From: Bugula neritina
Lineage: Eukaryota; Animalia; Bryozoa
Length of the DNA: 64,000 bases
Direction: 5' to 3'
Assembly (NCBI GenBank): GCA_964035545.1
Contig: OZ037771.1
Location: forward strand, 14,693,133-14,757,132
Of the stretch, positions 55,101 through 64,000 are shown one piece after another (position 1 is the first letter of the stretch; each line of letters starts with the position of its first letter). Both the position numbers and the translations under genes were made by a program. The notes beneath the pieces were generated by a model. That model saw nothing but the letters and a program-made list of their open reading frames with translations, searched no databases and was not told the DNA's origin.

Positions 55101-58100
55101 CTGTTGCTATGACGACTGACACACTGTAGGTCTGAAGCACGCTCTGGAGAAGGTGAATGACTACAACCCGCTGATGAAGGACTTCCCTCTGCATGACCTG
55201 CTGGCTGCCTCAGAGCTCGACAGAATCAACCTGGCTCTGCAGGCCATATTCAACCATATGAAGAAGATCAGGAACACCCGCTACCCCGTGGTGAGTTGGT
55301 ATGGAGCACAGTCTAGTCACCAAGATCTTAGGCTATGTTGTTTACCTCTTGCCTTATACTGGTTCAGTGAGAGATGTCTTGTAATTTCTTCATGCTGTAG
55401 AGTTATGAATTCAAATTGATCTCTCATAGTATAATCGTTTCTTGATACTATTCTTGATACTATCCGATGTATACATCATTGTACATTATGTGTAATATGT
55501 ACATTGCGGGCACTAGTAACCACATATACCATATACTATCCCTCAGTTACTATATACTATCCCTCAGTTACTATATACTATCCCTCAGTTACTATATACT
55601 ATCCCTCAGTTACTATATACTATCCCTCAGTTACTATATACTATCCCTCAGTTACTATATACTATCTCTCAGTTACTATATACTATCTCACAGTTACTAT
55701 ATACTATCTCACAGTTACTATATACTATCTCACAATTACTATATACTATCTCACAGTTACTATATACTATCACACAGTTACTATATACTATCCCTCAGTT
55801 ACTCTACACTGTTCAACTACTCACCAGGTGAGAGCCCTGCGCCTAGTAGAGGCCATCTCCACTGACCTCATGAATCAGATCATGAAGGTGCTGGCCAGCC
55901 CTAAACTCACTCTCGTAGTTTACGAGGAGTTTGAGACTATCATGTCAAAGTGTTTCGTCATATTCAACACGTGGGACGAGGACTACGACAAGGTCAACGG
56001 TAGGTCGTGTTTGAAATAAACCGCTGTATCCACTATCCTTCTCAATAACATTGATCCTTGACGTGTATCTGTAATAAGTCAGCCTTAGTCATTGAATAAA
56101 TTTATTTTTAAATAATAGAAACGCTAATATTAAGTATTAGTTTAGAATGTAAGGCATTGTCCAATGGTCACAGATGATATTTTAGTTTTAATGCTATGCT
56201 GGCACAGCTATTCACATAGTTCTCTGTTTAAACACGTCTCACACGAGATAACACATGTACACGCAGTTATTCTGAGAGACATCATGAAGAAGAAGAGAGA
56301 TGAGTCACTGCGGATGGTGTGGAAACTGAACCCTGTCCACAAGAAGCTGCAGGCCAGACTCGAGCAAATGAGAAAGTTCCGGAAACAGCATGACCAGCTA
56401 ATCCAGGTCATAGCCAGAGTTCTTAAACCTGCCACTGTCGCCAAGAATGTTGAGGGGGCCCCTGGAGACGCCCAAACCACCGCCACTGAGCAGGTACGCC
56501 AGGTTATGAGAGTGTGTACAGCTGATTGGGTGAAGAAATGGTGTTGGTGTTTTGTTATGCTGCTTGTGTGGTAGTGTCTGAGGCCGAGAGGAGGGGATTC
56601 AATGTCTCCATGTTATATAGACTGTGTCCCTGTTATTTAGAGAGTCTCTGTGTTATTTAGACTGTGTCCCTGTTATTTAGAGAGTCTCTGTGTTATTTAG
56701 ACTGTGTCCCTGTTATTTAGACTGCGATAGACTCCACTGAAGCCCAGGCTATAGAGGAAGTGAACTTAGCCTATGAGAATGTCAAGGAAGTTGACTGTTT
56801 GGATGTTACTAAGGAGGGCAATGATGCCTGGGAGTCTGCTATGAAGCGGTAAGTATGGCTGTTCGGGTGAATGCTGTTATAGCTATTCACTCAGGTTTAT
56901 ATATTATTTCTATGGGTGAAACAACTCCTACGTTCACGAGGCAGTGTTTTAGTGAAGCTTGTAGTAAAACTTTCATTGACGTGTCTCTTAACTGTAAATA
57001 CTGTGATGCTAGAAATGTTCTCTACTAGAATTTTCTAGAAATTGCCAGAACCATCTGAAAATCTCCAAAATTTGCTAGAATTCTCTGGAAATCTTTAGAA
57101 TTCTCTAGAATTTTTTCAGAATCTCTAGATGGTCTGAAACTCTAGAAATCTCCAGACTTCTCTTTACATAGGTACGACGAGAGAATAGACAGAGTGGAGA
57201 CCCGAATCACCGCCCGACTTCGGGACCAGCTCGGACTGGCTAAGAACGCCAACGAGATGTTCAGAATCTTCTCCAGATTCAACGCCCTGTTTGTGAGACC
57301 ACACATCAGAGGAGCTATTCGGGAGTACCAGACTCAGCTAATGCAGAGAGTCAAGGACGATATCGAGGTTCTCCACGATAAGTTCAAGGTCAGTGTGATG
57401 CGTGCTCCTCTCCGCTATATTGTACTGACCATGTGGTGTACTTACACTGTGTACTTACTCTATATACTTACACTGTGTTACTTACACTATGCAGGTCCAG
57501 TACTCTCACAGCAGATCCTTCAGCATGTCTGACGGACGAGACGTCCCTCCCATCTCTGGACAGATCATCTGGCTGAGACAAATAGAGAGCGAGCTGGAGG
57601 TATGACTAGCAACTCTCGTATTCTGAAGGGCAGATTGTCTCTTGCCTTCTGACATCACATGTCTCACATTGATGTCTTGTGTCTAATGCAATGCTTTTCC
57701 TCTTTGTATAAGCATTGATGTCTTCTGTCTTTGTGCAGGCATTGATGTCTAGAGTTGAAGCCGTACTTGGTAAAGACTGGGCGCAGCATGTCGAGGGACA
57801 GAAACTGAAACAAGATGGCGACAGCTTCAAGGTGAAACTCAACACCAGCGACCTGTTTGATGACTGGTGCCGCAAGGTGGGTCAACGTTCTCTCTTTCCT
57901 AACCGATACTTTTCTAACGTGTTTAGTGTGTGGGTGACCTTAAGTGCAAGTGAAAGGTCGTGTTTTCACTTGTCTCTAAGTTTAGATGACAAAACTAATG
58001 ATAGTATTGATAATAAAATCAGTGGGAGGCTAAGATTTCTTCAGGTTAATGATTTTTATACTACATTCCCACGTCACCTGTGGACTAGATGTGAAGCTGT

Positions 58101-61100
58101 GAATTACTTGAGTACTTTGCAAGCAAGCTGCTTATTCGCTGTGAGATATGTGGTGTTTTTTATGGAGCCCTGTGATTGGCTAATAACCGTGTGTTGTAGG
58201 TGGGGCAGAGACAGCTGAGTATAAATGGTAACATTTTTGTGATTGAGTCCCACCGATCGAGGACAGCCGGAAAACCCCACCAACTCAAACTGCGAGTCAA
58301 CTTTCACCCTGAGATTATCACCCTGAGTAAAGAGGTACGTAAACTGTTAGCCCGTCCTAAAGGTACGTAGACTGTTGGCCCGTCCTACAGGTACGTAGTC
58401 TGTTAGTCCGTCCTAAAGGTACATAGACTGTTGGACCGTTCTAAAGGTACGTAGACTGTATCTTAGCTTACAGAATGTAATATTTAGATTAGGAATTCTG
58501 CATATTTTGTCCGGAGATGTAAACTGTCCTAATATTTTGTAGGTGAGAAACCTGAAAGGCCTGGGTTTCCGAATTCCCCTGAACATAGTAAACAAGGCGC
58601 ACCAGGCCAACCAGCTTTACCCCAACGCCATATCCATGATAGACAGCGTCAGGATGTACGAGCAGACGTGTAAGAAGGTGGACGACAGAGAGAGGGTGAG
58701 AGAAGTCAGCGTGCACTGCCGTACTTGTGTTTTCTTGAGAGACTGGCTATACCAGCTGTAGAAGAGATGTTATTGTAGTGGTTACATTTTATCTATTTGT
58801 TATCTTACGTTGTTTTAGTTCTGCTCTGTCTTCTAGTGTATTGATTTATATTTTTTATTGATTTTTTGACCTTTTCTCACTGAAATTGCATCATTTTGTA
58901 TCAGGTTATTAGCCCCTCCGATATGTTGGTCGGTATCTGTAAGATTTATTTGCACCACCAGGTGGCGCTGCTAGTCGCCGGGCTGAGGCGAGACTGCCAG
59001 GAAGTGATCCTTGAAGGCTGTTCGGGGGTCGTCTGGGAGTCGTACAAGATTGATCCGTTTGTGAAGAAGATGGCCGAGCAGTTCTACGCCTTCCAAGACC
59101 GCGTAGAGGAGTTGTTGCTGATAGACGAAGAGGTGAGAGATGCCATTGATGTCTACACTACTACTAACACAGCTGTTAATACTATACACATTGATGTCTA
59201 GGTTACTACTAACACAGCTTCTAATTCTATACACATTGATGTCTACACTACTACTAACACAGCTGTTAATACTATACACACTGATGTCTACATTACTACT
59301 AACACAGCTGCTAATACTATACACATTGATGTCTATACTACTACTAACACAGCTGCTAATACTATACACATTGATGTCTACATTACTACTAACACAGCTG
59401 CTAATACTATACACATTGATGTCTACACTACTACTAACACAGCTGTTTATACTATACACATTGATGTCTACACTACTACTAACACAGCTGTTAATACTAT
59501 ACACACTGATGTCTATACTACTACTAGCACAGCTGTTAATACTATACACACTGATGTCTAGATTACTACTAACACAGCTGTTAATACTATACACATTGAT
59601 GTCTAGATTACTGTGGAGGTCAGAGCCCTTGGCACCTGTGCTTACTCAGCCAACACATTCAAAGACATCATTGAGAAGATTCAGAAGGCAGTGGATAGCC
59701 TCAGTCTCAAACAGTATTCTAACCTTGGAAAGTGGGTGGAGAGGTGAGCCCCCCTATCTTTCTTTGCAGCTTGTTCAGTTATCTTAATACTTAGCTGTAC
59801 TCTGCAACTATCATGTCTGGGGGCATTTCTATCTTTATATTTCTATTTCAAATAGGATTCCAGGATTTTATGTAGACTAGCTGTAATATATAGCTCTATT
59901 ATTAGATACATTCTAAATAGATTAGTCAATAATATGTACATTTATTATTAGATACATTCTAAATAGATTAGTCAATAATAAATACATCTATTATTAGACT
60001 GGACAAGGAAATTGAGGCGAAGCTGGTTGTGCGTTTGGAGGCGGCCATCAAGGCCTGGACAGGTGCTCTGCTGGGATTGGATGAGGAGAATGAGGTTACC
60101 ATGGATACGGAGGAGAGTAAACACTCTGTACACAACAAGCTGGGCGGCGAGCCTAAGATAATGAGAGCAGTGCATGAGCTGAGAATGCAGGTATGTATGT
60201 GGCCATCTTATTGGTCGCTCGGATGTGTCCGGTCTTGTGATTGGATACAGTGACATGTGACATGCATGTGCAGGGGACCATGATTGGCTGATTCTAACAG
60301 CAGTAGCTAAACTCAAACTAATTGGTTGTATCCAGTGTGTGCAGTGGATTACCTGATACACACTGGTGTTGTGCTTGAGTCATTTTCACTAGAGTTATCC
60401 TCTCTATTTGCCAGAATGGGGAGATAGTGCTGCACCCGGCTGTGGAGGAGGCCCGGGAGAAGATGCTGAGAGAACTGTTCTCATGGCAGGCCATAATCCT
60501 CACCCTGCCTAGAATCAGTCATAAGAGATACCAGGTGGGTTATATATTTATATCATATATATTACATATATGTTGTGTTGTATTATATTGTCTTGTGTTA
60601 TATATATATTACATATATGTTGTGTTGTATTATATTGTCTTGTGTTATATAGGCCTACTGATATTATATTACGTAATTTGATCATATATTGTGTTCTATA
60701 GTTATATATCATCCTGTATTATATTGTTTAGTATTAGATTATATAATTATATTATATTGTGTTATTTGATATTCTATTATGTCATGTTTTTACATTATTA
60801 TATACTCTGTTATATTACACCATGTTCCCTCATCTCATGTTACATTATTTTATATTTTTATATACAGTGTTGTTTTATGTTATTTGATATTATAATATAT
60901 TGTTCTAAGCTCTTGCACTCCCGCACATTGTCCTGCATATGCTAGAGCTAGCAATGTAACACTCTGATCAATGTATCTACACCAGGTGGGACTGGCCAAT
61001 GAGGATGGCCCTAGTAACGACACATATCGCTCTCTGCTCGCCAACCTGCCCGGTGGTCAGATTGTTCTGGAAGAAAGTTATGATGCCATGGAGAAGATCA

Positions 61101-64000
61101 TGAAGGAGGTCATCTCTTACACAGACGTGAGTTTTATACATAACTTCAGTATAGTATTATATTATATTATGTTACTATATACTTTATAGTTTTATATTAT
61201 ATTATAGTATTAATAATGTATCATAATATTATACTATGTTATATTATAGTATTATATTGTAGTATAATATATTATTGTATTATTTTATCTTATTCCGCAG
61301 ACATGGAAGAGATACAAGTCCCTGTGGAGTGCCAGCATAGCTCAGCTATACTCTAAACTCGGCACTAAACTCAAGCAGTGGATGACAACTCTACACGGGA
61401 TCAGGTAAGTACTATATGTACTTACTATATGTACTTACTAGACGTACTTACTATACTTACTTACCATACGTACTTACCATACGTACTTACTATATGTACT
61501 TACTATACCTACTTACTATACGTACTTACTATGTGTACGTACTACACATACTTACATGTACACTATACCTACTCTGAATACCTATATGTACATACATTGT
61601 ATATAGCTACTTACATAATATATATCCATTTGATTCTAAGGCACTTCTTGCCGGTCAGTAGTATTCTGTTGTTTCTATTTCATTTCATTAGCCAATGACA
61701 TACCCTGTAACCTGTACGTGTATTAGCCAATAACGTGTGAATGTAGGAACTCGAGGAAGATGCTGGACTCATCAGACGTGAGACGGTGTTTCGGCCCGGT
61801 GGTGATAGAGTACGGGAAGGTGCAGAGCAAGGTGATGCTCAAGTTTGACAACTGGCACAAGGAGGTGCTCAGCAGTTTCGGTAAACTCCTCAACGAGCAG
61901 ATGATCGGCTTTCACCGGGAGATAGCCAAGGTGCGTTGTCTCATGTTTTGTGGCAGCGGTTAAGGCAGCAGCTACGTTTTTACTAGTGTTTTGAAAGTTC
62001 ATAAAATATGTTTTATCCACCATTATGTCTTTGAGGAGAACTGTATTACAGTTTTTACCACCAAGAACTAAATTTTAGTAACGAATCAATTGACTTCTTT
62101 TCTAAAAGATACTTTCTGAATATTTACGATGCTATTTCTTGATCTCTAACCAGTCAAGAACAGATCTGGAGGCTCAGACACTGGAGACATCGAGCACGTC
62201 TGACGCTGTCCACCTCATCACCTTCGTGCAGAACCTGAAGAGGAAACACACCGTCTGGGACCAGCTCGTTCAGGTGAGTCATTCAACTTGTGTTACTGTA
62301 GCTGCGCTACTGTAGCTGCGTTACTGTAGCTGTTTTACTGTAGCTGTGTTACTGTGGTTGTGTTACTGTAGTTGTATTACTGTAGATATACGGGAATGGA
62401 CAACAAGTGTTGGAAAGACATCGTTTCGCTTTCCCCAACGAATGGCTCTACGCTGAAAATGTAGCCGGAGAGTGGGGGGCTTTCTCCGATATTATGAAGA
62501 GGAAGGAAGCTAACATCCAGGTTTGTATACGATTAACATCCAGGTGTGTATATGATTCAACATGCAGATGTGGTTAGGCTAGTGTAGTATATGGTGTAGA
62601 CTGATATATTCAAGATTAGTGTTTACGATGTTGGTTTATATAACCAGGCTTGCCTGTGTTGGTACGGTGTATTGTTACAATGTGTTGGTACGGTGTATGA
62701 AAAGTGAAATTTTTCAAGCAACACAGTTGAAATTATAAGTTTGGTGGGATAACTCCAAGTCTCAACTGTTACTCAATAGTCAATTTGGATGGCAATTGTT
62801 TATACATTTTATTTTACTAATTTATATATCCATTTATTGATTGATCTACCTATTTCTGATTATATCTCTTGATTAGACCCAGATCGCTGCCCTGCAGAAT
62901 AAGATTATTGCTGAGGACAAAGTCGTGGAGGAGAAAACTACCGGCCTGCTCTCGGAGTGGGAGGTGCAAAGGCCGGTGCAGGTAATGCAAGCCACGCCTA
63001 CTTACATAAAGCGCTACGTCTATCTTCTGCAACTCCTACCTTTAATTGGGTTAAAAGCTGTAGGCCCTACCTACTATGTGTGCTTCACAAGTTGTATATG
63101 TCAACTCATCTATTTCCCACAATGCATCTCATTGTCACGGCAACTCTAATAGTTTTTCGCCTTTTCTGGTTCAACTGGTTTTATATTCCTGTTATAAGCT
63201 GAGTGATATTTTCAGTCTGTGTGGAGGAGAGACCAGGACGTGAGGACGCTGACTCTTTTTATGCTGCCAATATTAGTTTGTTGATTGTTTCGCTTTAAAT
63301 ATGAGTTGAAGTTTTTGTACAGTGAGGTCGTTGATTAACATTGATGTCTATACACACACTGATGTCTATTCATACACTGATGTCTGTTTTGATGCAGTAT
63401 TTGCGTGATTTCAGGGAAATCTGAAGCCCGACGAGGCCTCCAAGGTGCTCTCTGTGTTTGAAGGCAGGTTTGGCCGTCTGAAAGAAGAGAGAGACAACCT
63501 GAGGAAGGCAAAGGAGGCTCTGGAGTTGTCTCAACCTGACCAGGTGTCGGCCAGTGATGACAGGATGCAGGTGGGACTCGAGGAGCTTCAGGACCTCAAG
63601 GTAAGATTTACTTTATTGCAACTGTCATCTTTTTACAGTGTGTTTTGTTTTTGTTTGTTATATATTATGATTATATAATATGTTTCCTATTTTAGTTTAT
63701 TAAAAGTTTATTAATTGTCTTCCCTTGCTTGAATTTGCATTGACTCGTATTTATGCTTACAGTCACCTGTTGTAAAATGTCATGGGTTTGGCGTTGTTAT
63801 ATTGCCTGACATTGGAAAATGTTAACACAGCTACCTCTTGTGCACGTGTGTAGTGTGTGACATGGCATATTTTACAAGCACCTGCTCTCTGTTGACAGGG
63901 TGTATGGTCAGAACTGAGTAAGGTCTGGGACCAGATAGATGAGATGAAGGAGAAGACCTGGTTATCTGTAGCCCCGAGAAAGCTGCGCACGCAACTAGAC
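52199..64000 (+). CDS. DYNC1H1: Cytoplasmic dynein 1 heavy chain, N-terminal tail region (27 exons, truncated at window end)
   Basis: Exons 52199-52442, 52834-52915, 53178-53351, 54023-54149, 54308-54436, 54585-54771, 55130-55290, 55828-55999, 56267-56493, 56721-56848, 57172-57388, 57495-57599, 57739-57876, 58200-58334, 58543-58695, 58962-59132, 59607-59743, 59998-60190, 60415-60534, 60986-61126, 61301-61404, 61747-61930, 62154-62273, 62386-62520, 62877-62981, 63415-63600, 63899-64000+. Motifs [27 protein letters not shown] and [45 protein letters not shown]. Confidence 0.97.
55525..55803. repeat. 21-bp minisatellite in a dynein intron
   Basis: Unit CTATATACTATCCCTCAGTTA, ~13 copies. Confidence 0.93.
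59144..59612 (+). repeat. 45-bp minisatellite filling a dynein intron and spanning its acceptor
   Basis: Unit ATTGATGTCTACACTACTACTAACACAGCTGTTAATACTATACAC, ~10 copies; the last copy ends in GTCTAG|ATTACT, the real acceptor. Confidence 0.93.

Noticed and set aside
58971-59787. 207- and 215-aa repetitive ORFs
   Set aside because: Products of the 45-bp intronic minisatellite; the dynein frame splices across it.

Overview
AT-rich, intron-rich nuclear DNA from an invertebrate animal; the taxon cannot be fixed from the sequence. I rebuilt the spliced gene models by hand, checking splice sites and phase at every junction. In order: an ANKH orthologue (+), eIF4A (-), a 25-exon ABCC4-like ABC protein (-), a FAM47-family gene (+) with an antisense intronic tRNA-Asp, two tandem paralogous small His/Cys-rich genes (+) largely invisible to the ORF track, PACRGL (-), and the 5' part of cytoplasmic dynein heavy chain 1 (+, runs off the window). 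Non-coding DNA holds three tRNA-derived SINE copies, two CAC-terminated MITEs with 2-bp TSDs, a nested hAT-like/foldback element and many minisatellites. Main observations: (1) an unrecognised pair of ~100-120 aa proteins, each with two H-x4/5-C...R-x-C-x-C units, the first behind a kappaB+TATA-like promoter; (2) an intact ABCC whose hydrolytic ATP site is degenerate at five motifs; (3) repeated tandem amplification of splice junctions; (4) a MITE that supplies the ANKH C-terminus and stop. No database searches were run; family assignments rest on motif recognition.
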